Positions 28,496 to 38,736 of a DNA stretch of 64,000 nt are shown piece by piece (the stretch's first letter is position 1; each line of letters opens with the position of its first letter). The notes beneath the pieces are model-generated. The model saw only the letters and a list, made by a program, of their open reading frames with translations. It ran no database searches and was not told the DNA's origin. The stretch spans positions 1,178,001-1,242,000 of the forward strand of contig OY730414.1 in NCBI GenBank assembly GCA_963422615.1, written 5' to 3'. The stretch comes from Longimicrobiales bacterium (lineage in GTDB: Bacteria > Gemmatimonadota > Gemmatimonadetes > Longimicrobiales > Gaopeijiaceae). Made by a program: the position numbers and the translations under genes.

Positions 28496-31400
28496 ATGAA
28501 CGGCAAGCGGCTGCCGATCGGGGTCGGCGCGCTCTTCGTCGTCGCGCTGGGCGTCCTGTGGCGGCTGGCCCAAGCTCGGCCAGAGTGGCCATGGTTCTCG
28601 ATCGGGCTATTGCTCCTGATCGCTTCGATCTCTCTGGGCGCGGTTCCCGGCCTGCGTGCCCGCCTCGGCGCTGGGTGGCCCTGGCTGACCTTCTTCAACC
28701 TCGTGGCGGCGGGCTTCTTTGTCTTCTTCCTCTTCCAGGTAGAGACCTATCGTCAGCGCAGTGAGCGCCTCGAGGTGCGGGGCGTGTATTTCGATCCGGC
28801 TCCGGCGTCTCTGCGAATCGGCGTTGGACACGACAGCCTGGATGTTCGCTTGGAGGGCTCGCCCGAGACTTTGGACCGCTGGTTCGTTGAATTGCAGCGG
28901 GGGCCGGGAAGCGGCTACCGGATCGGATCCACCGGAGACGTGGATATGATCGAGCTTTCCGAAAAGGGCTGGCTTCGGCGCCGATCCTCGAGTCGGCGTC
29001 CGGTCCACGGCTGGGCGTTGAGCGGGTCGCGGCCCGTCACCCTGACCCTCAGGGGCCGGGAGGCGGAAGGCGCGGTGACCCTCGCCCTGGTGCGGGGGGG
29101 AAAGCGGGGCACCCTGATGTGGGATGCCCAGCGGGCCCACCTGTCCATGGAGGACGACATTCTGGACCGGCGCCTGGCGCGGGGCCTGGCCAACGGCATC
29201 GAGGTCGGAAGGTTGCCATGGGACTCGGTTCCGGACCCGGCCCTGGCCCGGGACCTCGTCATCACCCGGGCTCGCCCGGGACACGCCCCCGGCGGGGTTG
29301 TGCTGCGGCTGCCGTCGTTTCGGGTCGTGTCGAGAAGCGGGCGATGGGTCGCGCAGAGTCCCACCGTCTCCCAGAACGCCGAAACCGTGCCGGACCGGAC
29401 CGTTGCGCCCGGCGACTCGGTGTGGGTGACGTCCCGAGGGAAGACGTGGGCGTTTTCCTTGGGCGCCCTTACCGAAAGGGGTTTGGCCAGCCCCCCCGTA
29501 GCGGTCGGCTTCGTGCGCCGTCCCCGCCCGAACGGCTGGGCGCTTCCCGCTCGGCAAGACTGCGGTGGTGCGGGGGTGTGTGCTGTACTGTCGAGCCGTC
29601 CCCTTCCTCCGCCGCTGGCGCACTTCAACCTGGAAGCCTTTGGACTCGACACGACCCGCTACGCCTACCTCGCCCGCCTCTCTGTGGAGGCCGACCGCGT
29701 GTCCCTGGTCGGTGCCTGCGACAGCACGGCTTTCCCGGTCGGGGCGCGCCAACCCTCCAGGGCGTTTCCCCTGGACGGCGCTTCGGCCGGGTGCGCCTCG
29801 GCTGGCGCGACTTTGTCATCGGGGGACCGTGCGGAAGCGGGACTCCTTCTGCGCGTCCGAAGGGCCGCCGCGGGGGACCGGACCGACGTGGCCCGGACCT
29901 TGGCCGCCCTCCTCGCCATTCTGGGCGGCGCCTTCCTGGTGCTAACCGGCAACCACCGACTCAAACAAGCGGCCCGGATGGCGGGGGCCAACCCGCTCTG
30001 GTGGCTCTTCAACCTGATCGTGGTTTTTCTTGCCGTCCGCCTGGCCCTCGGGCTCCGGGTTGCCTACGCGTCGCCCTACTATGAGCGGGCAGCGGAAAGC
30101 TCTGTCGGAATGTGGGTTGCCTTCTCCGCACTTGTCGTTGCGCTCGGACGCTGGACGTGGTGGGCGCCGCGGTGCCTGGCGGTTTTGCTCGCTGCTTGGA
30201 GGCGTCTGCCCGGGAAGGGGGGGTCGCGTCCGTGGTTCGAGCCGCAAGAAGGCCCGGACCCGTGGAGCTCGGGGTGGCCCCGGCCACCAATGCGTCCCGC
30301 TTCGGCCCCCCAGGGACGCGCCCCGGGGGATTGGGCCTGGCCGGGCGCGATCCTGATGGCCACGGGATCGGTCTTTGTTCTGTTTCAGTACTCCGGCGCC
30401 TTCGTCATGGGTCTGGCCGTCGCGGCCATGTGTGCGGGGCTGTGGGTGCTCCCGGCCCTCGCGGACGCAAGTTCCGTCTCCCTGGGCCCGGTTCGTCTTC
30501 TGGCCAGCCCGGTTCGTCTGGGGAGAGGAGGGCGCACCCGAGCCCAGGCCGGAACCCGCGTGCCCGCGGCCGAGGCCAAGGGACGCGCATCTCGTAACGA
30601 GCTGGCTATCACGGCGGGTTTTGCGGTAATCGTGACGTTTCTGGTGTACGCGCCGGGTGTCGCACTCGGCATGTCATTTCTTCTCTTCGTGGTTTCCCTT
30701 CTAGCGCGTCTGCGATCTCGAAGACCGGAGGACCGGGAGTCCCGTGTTGGCGGAGAAGACGCTGCGGTCCAGCAGCCACTTCGCGGCCGATCCGTGAGGG
30801 GCCCGAGGAGATCTCGGCTGATCCGGTTCCTAGCGGAAGCCGGGGCCGAGAAGTGGGGAGCGGGTGCCGCCCTTCTCGCCCTTCTTCTCACCCTCTTCGA
30901 CCTTCCCCTGATCTTTCGGTTCTGGCTGGTCTTCTTTCTGTTCCTGCTGACGGTACGGGCCGGGGCGCTGGGCCACCGGGTCATCCGGGAAGCCCGGGGA
31001 TGGGAGAAAACGGCCACATCCGTCGCCAGTCTCCTCGTGGTTCCCTTGGGGGTGCTGGTTGGCTTCACGATCTTCGATTTCGGCCTCGGCCTCGTTTTCT
31101 TCGTGCCCGTGCTCGTCACCGTTGTTCTGGGAATGGACCTGAAGCGGGTTTGGGACAACTTCAGCCAGCCGCCCGGCCGCTTCCCCGGGTTGGTCTTCGT
31201 CCTGGTGTTGCTGGCCGTCGTCTACGGCACGAGATCCGTGCTTCGCCCCCCCGTGGGCCCGCTCGAAACCGCAGCGACCGTGCCGGCCTACGCCGAAGCC
31301 TTTGTCGGGACCGGAAACCGGGCCGTCGACTTGGCCCGGAAGATCCCCTTGCTGGACGGACCCATCACCCGGGCGACGGTCAGGAGCCTGGCGGCCTCCC

Positions 31401-31975
31401 ATCCCCAACTGCTGGAAAAGGCCCTCGCTTACGCCGGCCGCAGCGAGGCTCTCGAAGCCGCCCAGCCGTCCATCGAACAGATTTGGGGAGGTCGGGCCTA
31501 CGCCGCCGCCGGCTGGTTCGGTACGGGCTTTGCCGGGACCACTTTGCTGGGAAGAGGAGTGCCGACGGCGGTGTCGTACGCCGAAAACACCTTTTCTGTC
31601 TACATCCTGTCGGAGCACGGCGCCTTGGGCGGGCTTCTGGTTCTGCTCCTCTACAGCGCGTTGCTCGGAGGAACGGCGCTGTGGGTCTTGGGCTTGCAAA
31701 GGGATGAAGTGGCCACGCCGGATAACCGAGTGATCCTGGCCGCGGTCGTGGGCGGAGCGCTGTGGATCACCGTCCCCGCCTTGTACGTTGCCGCGTCGAA
31801 CTTGGGGCTGGTTCCGCTGACGGGCCAAAACATGCCCTTCCTGGGCCTCAACTCCTGGGCGGATGCGGTCCTGGGGGTCGGAGTGAGCACGGCGATGCTG
31901 GCCGCCCTGGCCCACTTCGCGGTAAAGGGACGGGGTGGTGTGCCTTCGGACGCCCGGAACGCCCGCCATGCGTGA
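28496..31975 (+). CDS. large divergent FtsW/RodA/SpoVE (SEDS)-like membrane protein with a ~390-aa soluble N-terminal insert
   Basis: C-terminal DFGLGLV, AAAGWFGTG, ILSEHG and LVPLTGQNMPFLG match SEDS signatures; many TM helices; directly followed by a PBP gene. Confidence 0.75.
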   Translation: MNGKRLPIGVGALFVVALGVLWRLAQARPEWPWFSIGLLLLIASISLGAVPGLRARLGAGWPWLTFFNLVAAGFFVFFLFQVETYRQRSERLEVRGVYFDPAPASLRIGVGHDSLDVRLEGSPETLDRWFVELQRGPGSGYRIGSTGDVDMIELSEKGWLRRRSSSRRPVHGWALSGSRPVTLTLRGREAEGAVTLALVRGGKRGTLMWDAQRAHLSMEDDILDRRLARGLANGIEVGRLPWDSVPDPALARDLVITRARPGHAPGGVVLRLPSFRVVSRSGRWVAQSPTVSQNAETVPDRTVAPGDSVWVTSRGKTWAFSLGALTERGLASPPVAVGFVRRPRPNGWALPARQDCGGAGVCAVLSSRPLPPPLAHFNLEAFGLDTTRYAYLARLSVEADRVSLVGACDSTAFPVGARQPSRAFPLDGASAGCASAGATLSSGDRAEAGLLLRVRRAAAGDRTDVARTLAALLAILGGAFLVLTGNHRLKQAARMAGANPLWWLFNLIVVFLAVRLALGLRVAYASPYYERAAESSVGMWVAFSALVVALGRWTWWAPRCLAVLLAAWRRLPGKGGSRPWFEPQEGPDPWSSGWPRPPMRPASAPQGRAPGDWAWPGAILMATGSVFVLFQYSGAFVMGLAVAAMCAGLWVLPALADASSVSLGPVRLLASPVRLGRGGRTRAQAGTRVPAAEAKGRASRNELAITAGFAVIVTFLVYAPGVALGMSFLLFVVSLLARLRSRRPEDRESRVGGEDAAVQQPLRGRSVRGPRRSRLIRFLAEAGAEKWGAGAALLALLLTLFDLPLIFRFWLVFFLFLLTVRAGALGHRVIREARGWEKTATSVASLLVVPLGVLVGFTIFDFGLGLVFFVPVLVTVVLGMDLKRVWDNFSQPPGRFPGLVFVLVLLAVVYGTRSVLRPPVGPLETAATVPAYAEAFVGTGNRAVDLARKIPLLDGPITRATVRSLAASHPQLLEKALAYAGRSEALEAAQPSIEQIWGGRAYAAAGWFGTGFAGTTLLGRGVPTAVSYAENTFSVYILSEHGALGGLLVLLLYSALLGGTALWVLGLQRDEVATPDNRVILAAVVGGALWITVPALYVAASNLGLVPLTGQNMPFLGLNSWADAVLGVGVSTAMLAALAHFAVKGRGGVPSDARNARHA

Positions 31976-34208
31976 GCGGGGTCAGGCGCTTCCCGCCGTC
32001 TTCCTGGCGCTGATGGTCCTGGTTGCGGCGTGGGTCGGGTTGGGCGTCGTTCGCGCCGCCGGCGACGCCCGCTACCGGAGTGGCCTTGAGTACCGGGCCT
32101 TCCGCAGTGCCTTCGAGGATGTCTTCAGGCCCGGAGACCCGCCCCTCATCGTGGCCCGTTCGGTGGAAGTTCCCTTGGCGGACGGGACGGTGGCCACGAT
32201 CGACACCCTGGCCGTCGTGGCGGACTCCGTTGCCCTGCCGGGGTTTCAACAGGGGGGCTTCCTTCGAGACAACGTGGAGGCGTTCAACCGGGTCCAGTGG
32301 TTGCGCGCCGAGTTCGGGCTCACCGACAGCACCCTCTTCCGCCGGCCTGCGGGTCACGGTCGTTCCGTCTACCGGGTCGAAGAGGGAGTCTACCGCGTCG
32401 GTGGAAATCGCCGGGACGACCGCAGTCGGGTGGTTCCGTCCCCGGCCGTCTGGAACCTGGCGATTCCTTCGCCCTTCCAAGAGGCGTGGTTCGGCAGGGT
32501 TCTGGCTCGGTCGTCAAGCCTCGTGCCCGGTCTGCTGGGTCCCGGCCAAGCGATTCCCCTGGATCGCTCAACCCGGCGGGAGGTCGTCGTACAGGGCCGT
32601 CGGCGGCCGTGCGACTTCGAGGCGGATGCCGGGGACGTGCGGGTCTATTGCCTGTCCCAAGAGCGTCTGCCCCAGGTCTCCTTCACGGGCATCGCCGACC
32701 CGGCGGCGGATCGTTCCATGGCGGTTTCCGGATGGGACCACCTGTGGCTGCAAGGACGACGGTTGCCACCGAACGATTCGTCTGAAATTCGCCGGCGGGA
32801 GTCGGTCATGGTGATCCCGCCCCTGCCGCCCGTCCTCTTCTCCGACTACTGGGAAGGGCAGATGTCGAGCATTCAGTGGATCAACGGACGCGCCCGGCGT
32901 CGCGGGGAGGGTTCACCGCCCCTTGACCTGCTGGGGGACCTGGGCCGGGCCCGCCCGAACTCGGGCGCGGGCGATGTTCGGCTGAGCGTCGACTCCGAAG
33001 CCTCCCTCGCCCTGACCCGTAGCTTGAACGCCTTCCTGGGAGGGTCGCAGGTCCCTCCGGTCGACTTCGCGGTGGCCATGGTGGCCATGATTCCCTCGGG
33101 TGAAATCCTCGCCATCGGGGAGACGGGTGCCCGGCTCGGGGGACGGAGCAACTTCCTGAGGCGGGTTGCCCCGGGCTCCACCGTAAAGCCGCTCCTGGCC
33201 GCCGCCGTGCTTTCGGAGGAACCTGGCCTTGACTCCCTCCGGGTACGGGCCCGGAGTGGTCCGGTGCGCTCCGTCCAGGGACTTCCCGTGCTGCCGGCCG
33301 TCGAAGCGTTCCGGACCCAGCTGTACTGCGAATATCCGTCGGACGGGTGGGTGGACCTCCAGTACTTCATCCGCTGCTCCAGCAACGAGTACGCCGCAGC
33401 CTTGGTCATGGCCGGCTTCGGGAGGAACGCGCTTCAGGGTCGCGGGGTGCCTAGGGACCGTCTCCTCACGAGCCCGCTGGCCAGAGGGATCAACACCCTC
33501 TACGGACTTGCCACCGATCCCCAGATCGCCGACGATGTGCCCTTCGTTCCGGGCTTTTGGTCCGGGGTGACGTTCGAATCGGGAGAAGGCGTCGTCCCCC
33601 CCGCAGACGTGATGCCCGCCCGGTCCAGGCCTGCGCTACTGGCGACCCATCGGTCGGAGGGAACGGACATCGCATACCTGTACCGGTATGCCTACGGCGC
33701 GTGGGAAAACCGGTGGACCGTGCCGGACCTGGTTCAGGGTTTTGCCCGGATCGCCACGGACCAGGCCCTGACCCTGACCATGGCCGCCGATCCTGCACCA
33801 AGCGCCGACGCGCTGGGCCTTGCCGGACAGGCGTGGTACCCCACCCTGTTGCAGGCCCTGAGACGGGTGGGAGAAGACGGCACCGCCCCGGGACTGAACG
33901 AAGCGTGGACCGTCCCTCCACAGGCCGTCCGCTCGGAGGGGTCCCGGCCCCGCACCACATACGCCAAGACGGGCACCCTGAACGAGCCGAACGACCGCCT
34001 CTTCGTCAAGGCGTTGCTCTTTGCCACCGGCGAACCGGATTCGGGGCAGCGGGCCCTGGCGTGCGGCTTCGCGGGAGCTGTCTATTTCAAGTTCCGGACC
34101 GGACCGCCGGGCGGCGGAAGTCTGCCGAGCTATCAGGTAGACTTTGCCCGAACCGGTTTGGCCCCCTTGTTGCGAGAACTGCTGGAGCGCCACGCTCCAT
34201 GTGGTTGA
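31968..34208 (+). CDS. penicillin-binding transpeptidase-domain protein (class B-like)
   Basis: N-terminal TM; PGSTVKP (SxxK), CSSNEY (SxN), AKTGT (KTG). Confidence 0.85.
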   Translation: MRERGQALPAVFLALMVLVAAWVGLGVVRAAGDARYRSGLEYRAFRSAFEDVFRPGDPPLIVARSVEVPLADGTVATIDTLAVVADSVALPGFQQGGFLRDNVEAFNRVQWLRAEFGLTDSTLFRRPAGHGRSVYRVEEGVYRVGGNRRDDRSRVVPSPAVWNLAIPSPFQEAWFGRVLARSSSLVPGLLGPGQAIPLDRSTRREVVVQGRRRPCDFEADAGDVRVYCLSQERLPQVSFTGIADPAADRSMAVSGWDHLWLQGRRLPPNDSSEIRRRESVMVIPPLPPVLFSDYWEGQMSSIQWINGRARRRGEGSPPLDLLGDLGRARPNSGAGDVRLSVDSEASLALTRSLNAFLGGSQVPPVDFAVAMVAMIPSGEILAIGETGARLGGRSNFLRRVAPGSTVKPLLAAAVLSEEPGLDSLRVRARSGPVRSVQGLPVLPAVEAFRTQLYCEYPSDGWVDLQYFIRCSSNEYAAALVMAGFGRNALQGRGVPRDRLLTSPLARGINTLYGLATDPQIADDVPFVPGFWSGVTFESGEGVVPPADVMPARSRPALLATHRSEGTDIAYLYRYAYGAWENRWTVPDLVQGFARIATDQALTLTMAADPAPSADALGLAGQAWYPTLLQALRRVGEDGTAPGLNEAWTVPPQAVRSEGSRPRTTYAKTGTLNEPNDRLFVKALLFATGEPDSGQRALACGFAGAVYFKFRTGPPGGGSLPSYQVDFARTGLAPLLRELLERHAPCG

Positions 34209-35746
34209 AGCGGCGGCGGACCCCCCGAAGAATGGGGGCCGAAGGCGAAAGTCCGAAAGAGACGGCCCGCCGGGCCGGTCAGCGGGTTCGCAACGCTTTG
34301 GTCGGTGAGCCCCAGGGCCCCGAAAGCGAGGGCCCTCGTCCCCAGCCCCATGTTCGGGATGGCCTCCCGGGGTCCGGCGAAGGTTCCGAAGCGCCCAGAG
34401 TCGCGGGGGCAAGGACCGCCGGAGACGGTTGTGACGAAGACGATCCCTTCATCCTCGGCCTGACCTTCCGGGTTCCCGCCGGACAGAGTCCCCGGAAGCT
34501 GGACAGGGTCATCCGGGGCTTTCTTACGGAAATCGAGGACCTGCTTGATGAAGACTTCGCCCCTGGCGATTTGCCGTCGGCGTACGGCCAGCGACACCCG
34601 GAGCTGTTGCCTTTGCGTGGGGGCCACGGCTTGCACATGAGATCGGTGCCCGATCCCAAGACGGCCCCGAGCGGTCCTGTCGCCTTCGCAATTGAGCGTC
34701 GTTGCGGGGCCCCTCCGGACCCAGCGCACGGACTCCTGGTCGCCCGGCGAAGGAACGTGTTTCGGTCCGCGGTCCGCCCCGTGCGCGAAACGCTGTCGGG
34801 CGGGCAGGTCGTGTACGCGGGCAACGCGGACCTGGATCTTACCGTCGGCCCTGGGGGAGACGTGGACTTGGGCGACCTGTCCGGGAAGCTGGCGTGGAAC
34901 CCTTCCCGCGGATGGACTTGGTGGCCCGGCCCCGAGAAGGGAGACCGGTTCGAGTCTCCCTTCTCCGGTACCTCCGGGCCGAGCGGGCAAGTATGCCGAC
35001 AAGAGGACGACGTGGTTTTTCTCGATCCCGATGGCAGCGTGGCCGCCCGGGCCGTTCGTTTCCGGCGTCCGGTGTCGGCCAAGCGGGCGCGGCTGCTGGC
35101 GGGGCCCGTGCCGTCGGTGGGACTCTATTTTCGCGGGAGGGTCTTGCGCGAACCTTTCCCCATGGGCAGTGTGGCGACCTTTCACGAATATGCAGGGGTT
35201 CCGATGCCGGATGGCGTGGTGAACGCCATTGATTTGGGAGATGTGTGGTTGGGCATCACGGAGAAGCGGGGTGTGGTGGGGCATTGGCCGGCATCTCGGA
35301 AAACCGAAGTCGTGAAGGGCGCGGTGGGCATCCCCTCCTGGTCCTGGGAAGGGGAGGTTGAGTTCTCGGTCGCCGTCGTTGACCTTCCCCCGAAGTGCAT
35401 GGCGGCCTTTCTCATGAGCGGGGGCCACCGGGTGCGAATCGGACGGGCGACTCGCCAGCAGCCCCTCGTGTTGGGGCGCGGTGGCGCGGGCGGAACGTCA
35501 CTCGTCGGGGACGATCCGTTCTTTTGCGGGAGCACCCGGTTTTCCGCCGCGGCCTCGGGCACTGACGGCCACGGGAGGGTAGCGGTTCGCGCCGGGACGC
35601 GGAGCGAAGCCCGGGCTTGGTACCGGGACCGGGGTGGCCAAGGCAGGACCGGGGCGTGGAAGCCCATCGGTGCCCAGGGGGTTCGGGTTGCGCCCGGTGC
35701 GGACATCGTGGTGGGGTCCACTTGGTACGAAATCGACCGGGAGTAG
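34199..35746 (+). CDS. hypothetical protein with a possible C-terminal FHA-like domain
   Basis: Overlaps the PBP stop; LVLGRGG...VRVAPGADIVVGST resembles FHA start and end strands. The ORF-track extension to 33557 overlaps the PBP gene and is ignored. Confidence 0.6.
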   Translation: MWLKRRRTPRRMGAEGESPKETARRAGQRVRNALVGEPQGPESEGPRPQPHVRDGLPGSGEGSEAPRVAGARTAGDGCDEDDPFILGLTFRVPAGQSPRKLDRVIRGFLTEIEDLLDEDFAPGDLPSAYGQRHPELLPLRGGHGLHMRSVPDPKTAPSGPVAFAIERRCGAPPDPAHGLLVARRRNVFRSAVRPVRETLSGGQVVYAGNADLDLTVGPGGDVDLGDLSGKLAWNPSRGWTWWPGPEKGDRFESPFSGTSGPSGQVCRQEDDVVFLDPDGSVAARAVRFRRPVSAKRARLLAGPVPSVGLYFRGRVLREPFPMGSVATFHEYAGVPMPDGVVNAIDLGDVWLGITEKRGVVGHWPASRKTEVVKGAVGIPSWSWEGEVEFSVAVVDLPPKCMAAFLMSGGHRVRIGRATRQQPLVLGRGGAGGTSLVGDDPFFCGSTRFSAAASGTDGHGRVAVRAGTRSEARAWYRDRGGQGRTGAWKPIGAQGVRVAPGADIVVGSTWYEIDRE

Positions 35747-35749
35747 GGG

Positions 35750-37753
35750 ATGGGAGGCTTCGTCAAACTGAGTCAACCGGGGCCGGAGGGAGCCACGAGC
35801 GCCCCCAGGTGGGTCCGGGTGGTGCGCCAGGAAAGCTTGCGGAGTCCCTATGGGAGGGTGGCGGAAGTGTTTATCGCGGCCTTCGCGGGTCGCAGGCTCG
35901 ACAGTCAGGACGCTGCCGGGCTGCGGGACGCCGCGGTCGACTGCGCGGGGGACCCCTCGGCCTTTGCCGCCGCCGCAAAGGCTGTACTGGAACGGCTGGA
36001 AACCCCGGATACCCTGCCGAATTTCTTCTTCATCTGCTATGACGACCAGATCGACAGCAACGACAGGGACAGGATTGAGGAATTCAGTGCCGGCTTCGAA
36101 GGATCGCACAAGAATCGCCTCTTCGACCTTGCCGCTGCGTGTATCGATGAAGTGCCCGCTTTTCTGGGCGGCTGGTTCAGTGCCCGGGGCTACGACGAAA
36201 ACCAAGATGGTCCCCGGAGCGACTTCTTTCGCTCCGAGTATGAAATCGGGGTCGTTCATCGGGCCCTGCCTTCCGGAGCCATGCCCATTCCCCAGCATGG
36301 CGGACAGGTTCAGATCGTACCCAAGGTCAGCGCGCACTTGCTCCTCGGGAAGGCCCGGGCCTCGGATCGCGGGACCGGTGCCGGGAGGCGGGTCATGGTG
36401 CCCGCCCGAATCGAAATCATCGGGGACGACGGCAATCTGAGAATCCGAAAATTCCTTCGGGACGAGGAGTTCGGGGATCGTTCTCCCCGCCAGCTGTTGT
36501 TGATCGATTCCGAATCCCTGTGGAACTTCACGATCGGAAACGGGGATTGGGACGACATTTTCGTCCCGGACCTGGTGGACTGCCGGGCGGAACTACGAAT
36601 CACCGTTCAGCGCCAGCCCTTTGCCGACACCCCGCTGGTCACGGTTGCGGCAGATGTCCCGAAGGGTTGCCCGCGCTTGGAGAGCGACCCGGACGTTCGG
36701 AGACCCATTCGCCACCGCCTTCGGATTCGGCCCGCCCACGAGTCTTCTTCCCGGACAAACGGCCCGCCGATCGTGCAGGTTCACGCTTTCGACCCGCCGC
36801 TCCCTCTCTCCGCAGTCGCCGATGCGCCGCTGTTCAACCCGGTCTTCCGGGTCGTGGCTCGCCTTTTGCCTCGGCCTGTGCGGAACATCCAGAACATCCC
36901 CCGGGACGTCCGGGGGGACGACGTTTTCGGGGCTCGAAGGTTCGGGAAGGCGACGCTTCCAGGGCTGCAAGAGGACGGTCCGTCGGCGGAGTCGCTCAAT
37001 TCGGTGGAAGACTTCCTGACCGTAGGGACCGTGCCCCTGAAGTCGCTCTTGTTTGGTATCGACCGATACGGCAAGCCCTTCTTCAAGGTGCTGGACGATG
37101 CGCCCCTGAGGCAGCTTTCGCTGACCCGGAGGGGTGATGAGCTCCCGATCGGCAACGAGTCCATTCGTCTTGAACACGGCGACGAGATCCGCGTGTCCTC
37201 CCCCACGGAAACCCTTCGCCTGTTGTGGAAAAACTGCGGAGAGGGAGGGTTCATCGACGGTTTGAAGGATGTTTTTGCAGGAGGGTTCCAGGTCTCCCGG
37301 GAGCGGGGGTTGGAGGGGACGCTGGTTCGCCAAGGGGAATACGAGACGATAGACCCTCAAGGGGGCCCCAACCGGTGCGTGTTGATCGGCCGGTCGCGGG
37401 CGACGGAACCCCCGGCGTGGCAGGATGACAGGGCCGTGACCCAAATGCCGGTCGGGGACCCTTACCTGCCTCACGATGGGATCGTGACGATTGCACCCGT
37501 CCTGCGAAACGAAGACTACCAGGTTGTTCTCAAGGCCGTGCCGAATCTACGCCCCGAGTATCGCGACCGGGTCTTCTTCGAGGGCGCCGACTTCCAATGG
37601 TACCGGTGGGACGACAACGGCACCGGGAAGGGCGAATCGTTGCGCTCGGTGTCGCTGGCCGCAGTAGAAGAAATATGGTCGAAGCACCTGAAGATGCAGA
37701 GGTTTGTGCTGGGGTCCACGCTCATTTCGGCGACCCTGTCCGGCACGGTGTAG
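35750..37753 (+). CDS. hypothetical protein with several FHA-like segments
   Basis: 3-nt gap to the previous gene; FTIGNGDWDDIFV, IRLEHGDEIRV, VLIGRS...RFVLGSTLI. Confidence 0.65.
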   Translation: MGGFVKLSQPGPEGATSAPRWVRVVRQESLRSPYGRVAEVFIAAFAGRRLDSQDAAGLRDAAVDCAGDPSAFAAAAKAVLERLETPDTLPNFFFICYDDQIDSNDRDRIEEFSAGFEGSHKNRLFDLAAACIDEVPAFLGGWFSARGYDENQDGPRSDFFRSEYEIGVVHRALPSGAMPIPQHGGQVQIVPKVSAHLLLGKARASDRGTGAGRRVMVPARIEIIGDDGNLRIRKFLRDEEFGDRSPRQLLLIDSESLWNFTIGNGDWDDIFVPDLVDCRAELRITVQRQPFADTPLVTVAADVPKGCPRLESDPDVRRPIRHRLRIRPAHESSSRTNGPPIVQVHAFDPPLPLSAVADAPLFNPVFRVVARLLPRPVRNIQNIPRDVRGDDVFGARRFGKATLPGLQEDGPSAESLNSVEDFLTVGTVPLKSLLFGIDRYGKPFFKVLDDAPLRQLSLTRRGDELPIGNESIRLEHGDEIRVSSPTETLRLLWKNCGEGGFIDGLKDVFAGGFQVSRERGLEGTLVRQGEYETIDPQGGPNRCVLIGRSRATEPPAWQDDRAVTQMPVGDPYLPHDGIVTIAPVLRNEDYQVVLKAVPNLRPEYRDRVFFEGADFQWYRWDDNGTGKGESLRSVSLAAVEEIWSKHLKMQRFVLGSTLISATLSGTV

Positions 37754-37761
37754 CCGTGGGG

Positions 37762-38736
37762 ATGCTTGGCACGTGCGAGACCGGTTCACCGGCTTCGGGA
37801 GGGTTCGCCGACCTTGTGCGTCGTTTCGTGTTCGCGAAAGCGCTCATCCCTGCCGATGCAGCACTGCAAGCGGGCCCGGTCGGGTCCAGGAACGTACGGC
37901 ACTTCGTGGTGCAAGGGCCCGAACGATGCCTTCACGTAAAGGGTGGATCCATGGTGGAGGAGCTGGTAGAGCGGGAGCTCCGGGCCATAGAAGACGCCCC
38001 GGCCGGGGTGCGGCCCCATGTACTCCATGCCTTCGGGTTGGGCGGGGACATCGGACCCCGGTGTTGCTTCGTCATGCCTCACTATCAGGCGTTGCCTTAC
38101 TTCGAGTTATCCGAACCCGAACAACTTGTCCTGGCGCTTGCCGCGGCGGACGTGGCCTGGCACCTCTGGACGAAGAAGCGCCTGCATTTGGATCTGAAAC
38201 CCGACGTATTCTACGCCGACCCGCTTCCGGCGGGGGAAGAGCGTCTCGTAGTGCTTGACTACAACGACGTGTACAAGTGGCCCCCGTCTAGCAACGATTC
38301 CATGGTGTCGTTGGATCGTTTCGGGGACCCGGATCACCCCGACCTGAGGGGAAGAGAGTGTGGCCGTGATATAGGTGCACTTGCCCAGCGCATCCAGGGG
38401 TTGGAAGATCGGCTACTCAGCTTTTCGATGGCCCACCTCCTTGCGTTGTCCGCGGGGATTCGGGGGCCCAGCCCCGGCGGTGAAGCGCCGAACGCCAAGC
38501 GGGACGTATCCGGTCGTTTGGCTGCCCGGTTCTCCCTGATGACGCAGACGGCGGAGATCTTGGAGCGCGGCCTGCGACGCCGGATGGCGGACCGTCCCCC
38601 CTTGCAGGAACTGATCCATGCTCTGGCCGACGCCGCAGCCGACCTCCCGCTCCGGGTTGGCGGGAACGGGTCCGCGATCGGGCTGACCGAAACCGTGGCC
38701 GCCCGCTACCTTGCGCTACGAGAGGAGCGACCGTGA
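37762..38736 (+). CDS. divergent Ser/Thr protein kinase-like protein
   Basis: HVK (beta3 Lys), ERE (alphaC), FVMPHY, LHLDLKPD, VVLDY, DRP; start at 37756 or 37762. Confidence 0.72.
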   Translation: MLGTCETGSPASGGFADLVRRFVFAKALIPADAALQAGPVGSRNVRHFVVQGPERCLHVKGGSMVEELVERELRAIEDAPAGVRPHVLHAFGLGGDIGPRCCFVMPHYQALPYFELSEPEQLVLALAAADVAWHLWTKKRLHLDLKPDVFYADPLPAGEERLVVLDYNDVYKWPPSSNDSMVSLDRFGDPDHPDLRGRECGRDIGALAQRIQGLEDRLLSFSMAHLLALSAGIRGPSPGGEAPNAKRDVSGRLAARFSLMTQTAEILERGLRRRMADRPPLQELIHALADAAADLPLRVGGNGSAIGLTETVAARYLALREERP

